From: a virus
Taxonomy: Duplodnaviria > Caudoviricetes
IMG/VR virus record: IMGVR_UViG_3300031414_000020
Location: 7,961 to 71,960 of that record
Direction: 5' to 3' (one strand)
DNA length: 64,000 bases
Shown here: positions 38,360 through 47,436 of the stretch, piece by piece
Numbering within the stretch: position 1 is the stretch's first letter
How the letters are laid out: each line of letters opens with the position of its first letter
Notes under the pieces: generated by a model
The model's input: the letters and a program-made list of their open reading frames with translations, nothing else
What the model was told of the DNA's origin: nothing
Database searches by the model: none
Program-made: the position numbers and the translations under genes

Positions 38360-40840
38360 ATGAAACGTTTGCACAGTCTGTTACAGCTGGGTGCCGCAAA
38401 GCCTAGCGTTGAAAGCAATACTGACGAAGCAGCGGTTGTTAATCAGCCGACTGAAGGTCAACCAACCGTTCAGCCGACGTCTGAAGTCCTGACGGATGAG
38501 CAGAAAGCTGAACAAGCCCGTCAGAAAGCTGACGAAGCTACCCCAGCCGACGGCAGTGTCCCGTCTACTGAAGTTCCAGGTGTAAGTCAGGAGTCAGACG
38601 GCGGTGCAGGCGTTACTGCGCCTGTTGCAACCGAAACCAACCCTACCCCTAACAACACTGTTGATACGGGCGACGGTTCACAGCCAGCCACTGCTGCCGA
38701 TGATCTGTCAAGTGAAGCTGCTGTTTCTCGCGCTGACGTTGGCACACCAGTTGTTGCTTCTCAGGAATCTCAGGAAACTGGTGTTGTTGCACCTGTCTCT
38801 ACTGAAACCAAACCCGAGCTGAACAACAAAGTCGACACCGGCGATGGCTCTCAGCCTGCTACTCCGTCTGACCAACCTGGTGACACTACCAAGCGCGCTG
38901 ATGAAGGCAAAGCTGGCGCACCTACCGAACTGGCCCCTGAGCTGGAACAAGTTGTTGTTAAAGCGCCGCAGACTACCTCTGTCGCTGCCGATGCTAACAA
39001 CCCGGATAAAGAAGGTAAGACTGGTGAAGCACCTGCTAACCCAGTTAACACCACTTCTACCCAGGACTCTGCCATCGAAGGTAAGGCTACCCCTAAAGAA
39101 ACTACCAGCACCGAAACGTCTGCTGTTTCTCAGGAGAACTTGTCTCCGGAAGATATCGCTAAAGTAGCCACCGTTGCTGCTGCCGTTGGTGCTGCTACCG
39201 CTGCCCCCGCTGCTGCTCCAGAAGTTCCTGCCGTGGTTGAGGCTGCGCCTGCTGCCACAGTACCACCGGTTGAAGCTGCTGCGGTTGAAGAAGCCGCTGA
39301 AGTTGCGACTACTGGCGATGCTGCTATTGCTGGCGCAGACGGCGCTGGTGTTGCTGCACCGGGCGAGGTTCCAGTTGATGGACAGGGTAATGCAGTTGAC
39401 GCTGCCGCACAAGCCGCTGCCGCCACTGTTGCCGAAGGTCCTACTGGTGATACCCCTCCTGGCCCGAATGCAGGCGATGCTGCTGCTACTCCTGGTGAAG
39501 CTGCTAAGGTTGCTGCCGACCTGATTGCCGCTAACCCGGACAATGCTGCTGAAATCGCTAAAGCAATCGACACTGTTGCCGATGCAGGCGTTGCTGCTGC
39601 CGGTGGTGGCGAAGAAGCCGCTGCTAACCTGGATGCAGATGTTGCTGCGCAGAACGATGCTGACGCCGCCGAACTGGAAGAGTCTACCGACGACCGTCTC
39701 GAAGATGAAGACGACCTGGACGACCTGGAAGATGTAGAAGACGAATCCAACGTATCACAGGAGTCACTGGCTAGCGCACGCGAGTTGCTGACCAGCCTGG
39801 AAGCGATGGTTGAAACTGCACTTCAGAACGGTGGTCTGAGCGACGATGCGGCGCAGCTGCTGCAAACTGTAACTGAACACGTTACTAACGAAGCTGGTCT
39901 GGATGACACCGACCTCGGTCTGGAATCTCTGGCATACTGCGATCGTAAGAACGCGACCAACTACGCGCTGGGTCGCCTGCAAGCGACTATCGAATCTATC
40001 GACGGTGAGCTTAAAATCTCTACCGAAGGTTTCTTCGATATCTTCCGTTCATTCGCCAGTAAGATGAAAGACTGGGTGGTGAGTTCTCGTCGTAACGTAG
40101 CTGCTGCTAAAGCAACTATTAAAGACCAGAACAAGTCAGCGACTGTGACACTGCCTGGTGAAGATGGTGACTTTGCTGCCATCGCATCTCTGTCTGCAAA
40201 TACCCTGACCGATGTCCTGGGCGTTTATGGTAAGAAAGCATACGTTGCGGCTAAGACTCTGACCGATCTCGGTAAAGAGCTGGCGGACGGTGATAACCAC
40301 TACGAAACTGTATCTGGTAAAATCTCCGGCATCGATGTTGGCTTCCCATCTTCCTTCAACCAGCCTACGCCTTCTGGCATGGGTGATGGTAAAGCGTCTG
40401 GCGTTCTGTTGGGCGACTTTGCTCTTGCGCTGTCTCTTGACAATCGTGACTCCGAGTCCGATATCGTTAAGGTCCGTGAGAAACATCAGGGTGAAGTTAC
40501 TGGCGCACAGGCTATCGCTGCACTCGACGAATCCATCAAAGTTATTGACGCGGTCTCTAACTTCATCAGTCAGTTCGACGGCATGAAGAAGACTGCCAAT
40601 GACTCTGGCGATCGTCACGTTACCGGTGCAACCTACCTGGCTTCCGTAATGGGTCCGGCTGCTCTGCTGAGTGCTGATTATCGTCGTGCGGTTTACCGTC
40701 AGTTCACCAACTCCAAAGATCCGCAGAACAACAAAGCGGGTGAAGTGGTTGCTGGATTTGAACTGGTTAAAGACGCTGCATCTGCATCACGTAAATACGT
40801 GGCTGCACTGATCGCAATCTCTACCAAAGTCGCGGGCTGA
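38360..40840 (+). CDS. Internal head protein paralog with a very long A/T/P/E-rich N-terminal extension
   Basis: 826 aa; repeated SQE sites; NGGLS, GLES, ISTEGFFDIFRSF. Confidence 0.75.
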   Translation: MKRLHSLLQLGAAKPSVESNTDEAAVVNQPTEGQPTVQPTSEVLTDEQKAEQARQKADEATPADGSVPSTEVPGVSQESDGGAGVTAPVATETNPTPNNTVDTGDGSQPATAADDLSSEAAVSRADVGTPVVASQESQETGVVAPVSTETKPELNNKVDTGDGSQPATPSDQPGDTTKRADEGKAGAPTELAPELEQVVVKAPQTTSVAADANNPDKEGKTGEAPANPVNTTSTQDSAIEGKATPKETTSTETSAVSQENLSPEDIAKVATVAAAVGAATAAPAAAPEVPAVVEAAPAATVPPVEAAAVEEAAEVATTGDAAIAGADGAGVAAPGEVPVDGQGNAVDAAAQAAAATVAEGPTGDTPPGPNAGDAAATPGEAAKVAADLIAANPDNAAEIAKAIDTVADAGVAAAGGGEEAAANLDADVAAQNDADAAELEESTDDRLEDEDDLDDLEDVEDESNVSQESLASARELLTSLEAMVETALQNGGLSDDAAQLLQTVTEHVTNEAGLDDTDLGLESLAYCDRKNATNYALGRLQATIESIDGELKISTEGFFDIFRSFASKMKDWVVSSRRNVAAAKATIKDQNKSATVTLPGEDGDFAAIASLSANTLTDVLGVYGKKAYVAAKTLTDLGKELADGDNHYETVSGKISGIDVGFPSSFNQPTPSGMGDGKASGVLLGDFALALSLDNRDSESDIVKVREKHQGEVTGAQAIAALDESIKVIDAVSNFISQFDGMKKTANDSGDRHVTGATYLASVMGPAALLSADYRRAVYRQFTNSKDPQNNKAGEVVAGFELVKDAASASRKYVAALIAISTKVAG
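38588..38863 (+). repeat. Intragenic direct repeat (two copies of about 35 aa)
   Basis: APVATETNPTPNNTVDTGDGSQPAT versus APVSTETKPELNNKVDTGDGSQPAT. Confidence 0.85.
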
Positions 40841-40854
40841 CGCTAGCATAATAC

Positions 40855-40884
40855 AAACCCCTCCCATAGTGGAGGGGTTTTATG
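40855..40884 (+). terminator. Intrinsic terminator
   Basis: AAACCCCTCC-CATAGT-GGAGGGGTTT followed by TATG. Confidence 0.7.
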
Positions 40885-40902
40885 TTCCTAATGGAGTTAC
40901 TA

Positions 40903-42048
40903 ATGTACGATGAAACCCCACTCGAAACAGTAGGCACGTTACTGTCCGATATCACCAACCAGGCTGAAGACGACGACGCACGCGGTGCTGCACTTATCGA
41001 ACTCCAGACCTCAGTAGAGCAATACGGCAAAGATGGTTTCAACGGCCTGAGCGTTTCCCTACTCAGTCTGATGTTCAAACAACTGGACGTACCAACGCTA
41101 GGGCTGGAAAGTATTGGTCCAGATGCTGCACTGAATACGTCGTATCTCTCAGGTCAGATTGAGTCAGCAATCAGTGAGAACGAAGATGATCGTGTGGCGT
41201 CAATGGAAGGCTTCTTTGACGTGTTCCGTTCGTTTAACTCAAAAGCTGAGAAGTGGATCAATGAAGCCTCTGACGAACTGGCTAAATTAATCTCTGATCT
41301 TCCTCGTGGCGGCAAGGGTAGTTATCAAACTGCTGGTACGTACGATAGCTTGCCTGCTGGAACCGACCGAACTGCGCGTGTTGTAGAGTACCTTATCACC
41401 GGCTACTCAAAAGACTTGCAGCGTTCCACTGTTGAAGTTGCCGAGCAGATGCGCAAAGTTTTCTCATCGCGGGCTAATTTCAATGTGGCTCTTGCCAACA
41501 TGGCCAAAATGAAAATCGCTGCGCCAGGTGATTTCAAGCGCTCATCGGATGACACGTATGTATCTGAAGGGCATGTGGGTGGTAATGTACTGTCGATCAA
41601 GTTAGACGGTAAAGACTCCACTGAATCGATGACGCGTATTCGCTCCACACCAAACACGGTTGAAGTTACCACCGAAGATGTGCTGACCGCTGCACGTCGT
41701 AGCCTGACCATGCTGAAAGCTCTGCAAAAATACCTCAAAACACGTGAGGCAACAGAAGCCTCTATGGATAAGGCAGGTAGTCGCCGTAATATCTATCTGG
41801 CAATCCCGGCTGTAGTTACTGTGATCGCAGGCAGTATGGGTGTTGCAATGCCGTTGCTGTATGGCGCAATGCTTAGCTTGACAAACGCAGAAATCCGTCG
41901 CGCGTTCCAGCTGTTCTTTTCGGACGATAACCAGAAGCAACTTATTGCCGAACTTAAAGCTGGCGTTGACCTTATCGACGAGTCGTTCGATCTGGCAAAA
42001 GCTACGGTCGCTGAGATCGTTAAAGCTGGTAAGGCACTAAAGGCATAA
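40903..42048 (+). CDS. Internal head protein paralog
   Basis: GGAG RBS before ATG 40903; GLES and ASMEGFFDVFRSF; hydrophobic segment near the C-terminus. Confidence 0.7.
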   Translation: MYDETPLETVGTLLSDITNQAEDDDARGAALIELQTSVEQYGKDGFNGLSVSLLSLMFKQLDVPTLGLESIGPDAALNTSYLSGQIESAISENEDDRVASMEGFFDVFRSFNSKAEKWINEASDELAKLISDLPRGGKGSYQTAGTYDSLPAGTDRTARVVEYLITGYSKDLQRSTVEVAEQMRKVFSSRANFNVALANMAKMKIAAPGDFKRSSDDTYVSEGHVGGNVLSIKLDGKDSTESMTRIRSTPNTVEVTTEDVLTAARRSLTMLKALQKYLKTREATEASMDKAGSRRNIYLAIPAVVTVIAGSMGVAMPLLYGAMLSLTNAEIRRAFQLFFSDDNQKQLIAELKAGVDLIDESFDLAKATVAEIVKAGKALKA

Positions 42049-42055
42049 AACCATG

Positions 42056-42084
42056 ACCCCTCCTTCAGTGGAGGGGTTTTATGC
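42056..42084 (+). terminator. Intrinsic terminator
   Basis: ACCCCTCC-TTCAGT-GGAGGGGT followed by TTTATGC; same stem as at 40855. Confidence 0.7.
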
Positions 42085-42130
42085 TAATACTTATGAGTTA
42101 CTCAACTACTAGCTAGTAAGGGATTTAACA

Positions 42131-43429
42131 ATGACGATCGTCAATAGTGCTGCCGCTTTGACCCGGAAAGATTATCCGGAGTTCGAGCAGACGGTAGGGA
42201 ACAGCTTCGCGAGCAGTTACCCTGATTCCGTCGAAAAAGACGAGACTAACCTGAAGCGTTTAGAGAACGTTTCACAGGGTCTCTTCCAAATTTACGACCA
42301 CGTAGTCAACGATGCCGCTAAAGGCTCTCCAATGACTCCACACGACTCTGCTGTTATTGCGACTACGGTTGCTAACATGACTAGCAGCATCGGTGTAGAG
42401 TCCGCTGTAACGCGTGTGGCCTCACTCGAGTCTATGTATGACCAGCACATCGGTTATATGATGACCCAAGAGTCTCTGGGTAAAACCATTGTCAACACTA
42501 TCAAGGCATTCCTTGAAGCGTTCATGCGACTGTTGGACAAAATCGTTGTCTGGCTGAAGAAGATGTACACCCGTGCTCAAGACAATGCCCGTCCGCTGAT
42601 GCGCGTGATGAACACCATTCACCGCCTAAGCAATGTACCAATCTCCTCGATTAAGTTTACCCCAGCAATGGAAGGTATTCTGGTCGATGGTCAGGTACCG
42701 GCTGAGTGGATGTCTAAGGTTGTTGACACACTGCGCATTTCTTCCACAATGATGGAAGGTCAGACCAAAATGGCCGACTTCGCAAATGACGTACTGTTCG
42801 CTGTGGAGAAGGTAAACTTCCAAACTCCAGAAGCGGCAGTAGCCGAAGTTGAGAAGGTTTGTAAGCGTCGCCCTAAACTGTCACTCGGCAGCAACAAGGC
42901 TCGCGTAGAGCAGGTAGATGGCAAAACCATCGAATGGTCTGAACCGCTGTGCGCTAACTCACTGGCCATTGCGATGAACCCGCAGGGCGACGAAGCGATT
43001 GATTCCGTGAACTACGGCATCGGTCTGGTACATCTGTCCGTGGCCGCTGAGTTTGGTGTTAAAACCAAATACAACGATAAGGAAAACAACGATACTCTGG
43101 TGACGTTGGACCTGAGCGACTACATGCGCCATGAGCGTGTACTGATCAATGAGGTCAATACCAGCAGTCGTACCATCGAACGCATGAATAGTGCAATCGA
43201 TAAACTCCAGGCCGCGCTGAAAGACGTTACTGAACGTTTCCGTAAGCTGGAGAAAGATCCTGAATCCACAACGGAAGCTGTTGAAGCGCTGATGACCTAC
43301 ACTGGTGTTGCACGTAGTGTGGCTTCGGCAGCGGTAGCGTGTTCTCGCTACAACTTCGATATCTACTCAACTGTTGTTGAATCAGCTACGGCCGTGTTCA
43401 ATGCATTCGTCAAAAAGGCCGGGGGTTAA
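42131..43429 (+). CDS. Internal head protein paralog
   Basis: ASLES and TQES sites followed by an amphipathic helix. Confidence 0.7.
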   Translation: MTIVNSAAALTRKDYPEFEQTVGNSFASSYPDSVEKDETNLKRLENVSQGLFQIYDHVVNDAAKGSPMTPHDSAVIATTVANMTSSIGVESAVTRVASLESMYDQHIGYMMTQESLGKTIVNTIKAFLEAFMRLLDKIVVWLKKMYTRAQDNARPLMRVMNTIHRLSNVPISSIKFTPAMEGILVDGQVPAEWMSKVVDTLRISSTMMEGQTKMADFANDVLFAVEKVNFQTPEAAVAEVEKVCKRRPKLSLGSNKARVEQVDGKTIEWSEPLCANSLAIAMNPQGDEAIDSVNYGIGLVHLSVAAEFGVKTKYNDKENNDTLVTLDLSDYMRHERVLINEVNTSSRTIERMNSAIDKLQAALKDVTERFRKLEKDPESTTEAVEALMTYTGVARSVASAAVACSRYNFDIYSTVVESATAVFNAFVKKAGG

Positions 43430-43431
43430 CA

Positions 43432-44667
43432 ATGTCTAAGAAATCCATGCTCAACATTTCAGTTGAGTCTGTTGGCTCCGATGCTGACGCTTACGACCTG
43501 GCTAGCGCTGCTACGCCCAATGCGGTAGTTGTTCCAGACGTCGTGGTTGACGCACCTGTAATGCCGGTATGTCAACCACAAGCAGCAGACCTTGCTCGTC
43601 TGAAGGCTATTGCTGACGCTATCGACAACGTATCCGATACCCTGGGTGCTCGTGTTGCTCAAATCGGTATTGCTACCGTGGGCGTTAACACTGTTGTTTC
43701 TACTGAAGCAATCAGTCTGGCCAGTATTGGTGCTACCGTGAAGAAATACGTGATGATGGCAATCGACTTCATCAAGCGTTTCGTTGTAGCGGTAATTAAC
43801 TATGGTGCTCGCTATATTGAGCGTCTGCGTTACAACCGTAAAGAGATGGCTGATCTCCTGCGTGACATTACCAACTTCATGCGTGCACGTCGCGGTGATA
43901 CCTTTACTATCGAAGGTACCTCTGTAACGTTGCTGCAACTGAACGGTGCTGTCCCGGCTGGTCCGGCAGAGCTGGCTCGTGGCTTCAATGAATTCCGTCG
44001 TGATATCGATGGTCCTTACATTGAGTGGCTGAAAGGCGCTACTGCTAAGGTGCAGGAAATCTCTGCTGCCATGGCTTCGATCTTTAAGTCCAACAACCTG
44101 CTGTCTGCTGACGCCGGTCTGTTCACCGCACTCGAGTCCATCAAATGTCCTGCCGCCCCTTCTGGCTGGAAGCGCGATGTGAGTGTTGGTAATGGACTGT
44201 GGTCCTACGTGCCTAAGGTACAATCCTGGGGTAATGTCCGCGTTAACGTTGTGGGTGATGAAACCATCAATGCTGGCGATGTCAGCGCCTCAATGGTAAC
44301 TCCGTTCGATGCGCCGGATGCAGCAAGTTCAATCACCATCACTGGTGACATGCTTGCAGAATACGCCAAGTTGGGAATGGGTGTGGTTGACCTCCAGGTT
44401 AATCTGGCTGATCCATACGACGCGGTGCGTCAGTTGTCTAAGCGCATGCTGGATAGCTATACCACCAAGTTCGTTGGTATCGATGATAAAGGTCTGACAC
44501 CTACCGACCAGCAGACCATCGCTGCGCGTAACTCGCAGATCAATGACGCAATGGGCTATCTGTCCTTCGTCATGTCCTCTACGGCTAACTACATGTCTTA
44601 CCTGACTGCTCTGCGTGGCGCAATCCATCAGACGCTGACAGCTGTCATTAGTCCGGCCGAAGTGTAA
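43432..44667 (+). CDS. Internal head protein paralog
   Basis: ISVES and VSTEA sites followed by an amphipathic helix. Confidence 0.7.
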   Translation: MSKKSMLNISVESVGSDADAYDLASAATPNAVVVPDVVVDAPVMPVCQPQAADLARLKAIADAIDNVSDTLGARVAQIGIATVGVNTVVSTEAISLASIGATVKKYVMMAIDFIKRFVVAVINYGARYIERLRYNRKEMADLLRDITNFMRARRGDTFTIEGTSVTLLQLNGAVPAGPAELARGFNEFRRDIDGPYIEWLKGATAKVQEISAAMASIFKSNNLLSADAGLFTALESIKCPAAPSGWKRDVSVGNGLWSYVPKVQSWGNVRVNVVGDETINAGDVSASMVTPFDAPDAASSITITGDMLAEYAKLGMGVVDLQVNLADPYDAVRQLSKRMLDSYTTKFVGIDDKGLTPTDQQTIAARNSQINDAMGYLSFVMSSTANYMSYLTALRGAIHQTLTAVISPAEV

Positions 44668-44671
44668 TACT

Positions 44672-44701
44672 AGAGGGGTCCATGTGACCCCTCTTTTTAT
44701 T
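44672..44701 (+). terminator. Intrinsic terminator
   Basis: AGAGGGGTC-CATGT-GACCCCTCT followed by TTTT. Confidence 0.7.
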
Positions 44702-44714
44702 CTGGAGCTTTATT

Positions 44715-46067
44715 ATGGATGGTTTAGAAAACCGCAATGCGGAGCTAGACGTTCCACCGGGTGTAGTGCCCACTGATCCCGAGAATCTCGTGACGGACAA
44801 CACCCAAGGGTTAGATGATTCTATTGTCGTCCCTATTGTGCGTGTGGATACTGACGCCATTGACCTGCGTGAACTCAACGGACAGCTGGATCGTGAATTG
44901 GTTGCCGCACAAGAGATGCTGGCGCGTTATATCTCGCTGGAGTCTTGGGCTACGGTAGTCGATGCATACGACGCCCCATTAACGCCACAAATGCAAATCG
45001 GCACAGAGTTGCTGCTGAACCTTACCACCCAACGGGCCAACATTAAAAGCGAAGACGTTATTCCTTCGTTGGAGTCGTTTACCGATGGTAAGGGTGTGGC
45101 TGGTGCACTGCGTGTTTATGCTAAGAAACTATTGGCTGCGCTGATTCGCCTGTGTGAAAAGATCACGGCGATGTTCGAAAAGATCTACGAGATCCTAACG
45201 TCTCGTTGTCGTGCTAGCCGTATCCAGATTACTGCCATTAAAGTGAAAATGGGTATTGCTAAAGGTGGTCGTCTCAAAACACGTCGTCTGGGTATGGGTC
45301 GCTACAGTCGCTTCTTAGCTATTCGCGGAATGGCAATCCAAACACCGTCTGAGCTGTATGCTGGCTTGGGTGCTGTTGGTAAGCTGGCCGACGATTCAAT
45401 AGTCTCCCATTTAAACGGACTACTATGGGTTGGTGATGAAGTCATCAAGATCACTAAGTCTGAAAGCTTCCCTAATCCTCGCGCTACTGAAGCACGGTTA
45501 ACACGCGCTTTCGCCGAGTTGGCTAAAACCAGTTTGGCTGGCGACTGTACTCGTCAAGTTGGTAGCGACCCTCGCTTCCAAAGTAAAGGTTACGTTACCA
45601 CTGCGTCAGAGAACCTTATTGGCAATCGCACTCTCTATCTTACTAAACCGCGCGACGGCAGTGAGATTGCTGATACGTTTGGCACCGTGTCCTTTGAGTT
45701 TACTCAGACTCGTCTGGGTGATGAGGACTATGAGCCAAAAGCTGGTTTAACGATGGAGACCTGTGACCTGTCGTATGCAAAGCGTCTGTTGGAGCTTTGT
45801 GAGAAATACATCGGTGTTATTGAACGCTTCGATAGTAGTGATCCGGCTAAACGCCTGGTGGCATCAATGTCCAAGATTCATACCGCTGTAAGCGAACGTG
45901 CTAAACAGGGTGGCTTGGATTCCATCAATGCGGAGTTACTCTATTCTGCTTCGGTCGCTTTCTCTGCTGCCGCAACTTCACCAATTCGTGACATCATGGG
46001 ACATCTGGCTACAGCCATTGATGCTACCCTCGACGTCATTAGTCGTTCGCTTTCTGCTTACGATTAA
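44715..46067 (+). CDS. Internal head protein paralog
   Basis: ISLES and PSLES sites followed by an amphipathic helix. Confidence 0.7.
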   Translation: MDGLENRNAELDVPPGVVPTDPENLVTDNTQGLDDSIVVPIVRVDTDAIDLRELNGQLDRELVAAQEMLARYISLESWATVVDAYDAPLTPQMQIGTELLLNLTTQRANIKSEDVIPSLESFTDGKGVAGALRVYAKKLLAALIRLCEKITAMFEKIYEILTSRCRASRIQITAIKVKMGIAKGGRLKTRRLGMGRYSRFLAIRGMAIQTPSELYAGLGAVGKLADDSIVSHLNGLLWVGDEVIKITKSESFPNPRATEARLTRAFAELAKTSLAGDCTRQVGSDPRFQSKGYVTTASENLIGNRTLYLTKPRDGSEIADTFGTVSFEFTQTRLGDEDYEPKAGLTMETCDLSYAKRLLELCEKYIGVIERFDSSDPAKRLVASMSKIHTAVSERAKQGGLDSINAELLYSASVAFSAAATSPIRDIMGHLATAIDATLDVISRSLSAYD

Positions 46068-46090
46068 ATTTTACACAATGAGGCAAAGGT

Positions 46091-46480
46091 ATGATTGAAT
46101 ATGACGACCTGAAAGACCCGGGCTATAAAACGGTTAAGGTTGAAGGGGTAGAACCTGAGTTTGATTCTCAGTTCCTTCCTGATGACCCAATCAACACCGC
46201 CGTGTCTACTTTCGTCTTTAGCGGAATTGGACAGGATGAAGCTCAACGTGTCAAACTGAATGTCCAGACGACTGAGTTTGCACAAGCAGGCTTTAATGGC
46301 GTTCCACCTGAGTCGGTACTGTTGGCGATGTTGGAGCACTACAAAGGCTTGCAAGAGTCTAATCTCCGTTGCAATGAGTTCGCGATGGTGGTGTGTCAAC
46401 TCACCGATATTATCTCGGTGCTTAAAGGTCGTAATGACCTGCGTGCTTACAAAGGTACGTACGGTACAACGAATCCATAA
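46091..46480 (+). CDS. Divergent Tad1-family (anti-Thoeris/anti-CBASS) nucleotide-signal sponge candidate
   Basis: The C-terminal 75 aa align by eye, with essentially no gaps, to the recalled Tad1 core: Q...GV...LL...Q...E.A...RxxxR...GT. Confidence 0.6.
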   Translation: MIEYDDLKDPGYKTVKVEGVEPEFDSQFLPDDPINTAVSTFVFSGIGQDEAQRVKLNVQTTEFAQAGFNGVPPESVLLAMLEHYKGLQESNLRCNEFAMVVCQLTDIISVLKGRNDLRAYKGTYGTTNP

Positions 46481-46495
46481 CCAAAGAGAGAACCT

Positions 46496-47338
46496 ATGCG
46501 TTTACAATCCCATGAAGTTAAAGTACTCGACGACGAAAAAGCTAAAGAACTGGGCGTGGTCAACTTCGAGCTGGCTCGCGGTGACAGTACTATTGCTCTG
46601 CGTGTGGTTAATGATTTCAGCAGCGCAGTTGAAAGTGAAGAAGGGGTAGTGAGCGTCGGTACTCTGATTGATGTTCTGTATCGCACAATGCGTCAGGGTT
46701 TCCCTGTTCCAGCTACTCATGCTGCGGCATGGCGTGCAATCAGTCAAAACGTCAACAACTGTAAAGAAGCTCACAACTTCAGTCAGGTGCAGGCCAGTAT
46801 CGAATCAGCAGAGATCGGTAAGTATGATGTAGAGTTCCACATCGCTAACCCGAACCTGTCTATCGAAGGCCGCACTGAACCGAAAACCATCCGTGTTGCC
46901 GGTGACGCCCTGACCATCACCAGTTACCGTGAGCTGAGCAATCGTCTGCAACAGTATCGCCATACGCTGGTCATGAACGACAACACCCTGGAAGCCCATC
47001 TGTATGTTTCTCCAGAAACCTTCGCTGCTGCGAACGAACTGGTTACAGCAATGACTACCGAAGAAGGCGTATTCACCGTTGTTATCGCTAACGGTGATAA
47101 AGTCGTATATGCGCCGGTTGTTCCGGCTTACCTGGTTGCTGACTCAGGCACACTGATGAAAGCAATTGAAACTGCGACCTCAACTACGCCGTATCCGCCA
47201 GTTGAGTTCCTCAAAGGTAACATCATTCACGTCACCACTGATCGCGATTTCGACGCGCTGAACTCTGGTGTACTGATGGCGCTGATGGCGCTTGAATCTA
47301 AGTACTATGACAATGGCGAAGCTGCTGTAGTTGAGTAA
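46496..47338 (+). CDS. Hypothetical multidomain protein
   Basis: 280 aa; possible degenerate Tad1-like N-domain plus two similar C-terminal alpha/beta units. Confidence 0.65.
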   Translation: MRLQSHEVKVLDDEKAKELGVVNFELARGDSTIALRVVNDFSSAVESEEGVVSVGTLIDVLYRTMRQGFPVPATHAAAWRAISQNVNNCKEAHNFSQVQASIESAEIGKYDVEFHIANPNLSIEGRTEPKTIRVAGDALTITSYRELSNRLQQYRHTLVMNDNTLEAHLYVSPETFAAANELVTAMTTEEGVFTVVIANGDKVVYAPVVPAYLVADSGTLMKAIETATSTTPYPPVEFLKGNIIHVTTDRDFDALNSGVLMALMALESKYYDNGEAAVVE

Positions 47339-47344
47339 CAAAGT

Positions 47345-47383
47345 CCTCTAGAGAGCTTCGTGCTCTCTAGAGGCTTCTATGCC
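47345..47383 (+). terminator. Intrinsic terminator
   Basis: CCTCTAGAGAGC-TTCGT-GCTCTCTAGAGG followed by CTTCTATGCC. Confidence 0.65.
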
Positions 47384-47436
47384 GTCAGGTCCGATATTAT
47401 GACAAATGCTTACTTTATTTACATGAGGGCGAGACT

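Noticed and set aside
38708-39750. Long antisense ORFs (234 aa and 206 aa) in the 826-aa gene
   Set aside because: Shadow frames of Ala/Thr-rich GCT/ACT codon runs; Ser/Ala-rich translations, no RBS, fully nested.
43459-44223. 254-aa minus-strand ORF
   Set aside because: Fully antisense to a head paralog; typical shadow ORF.
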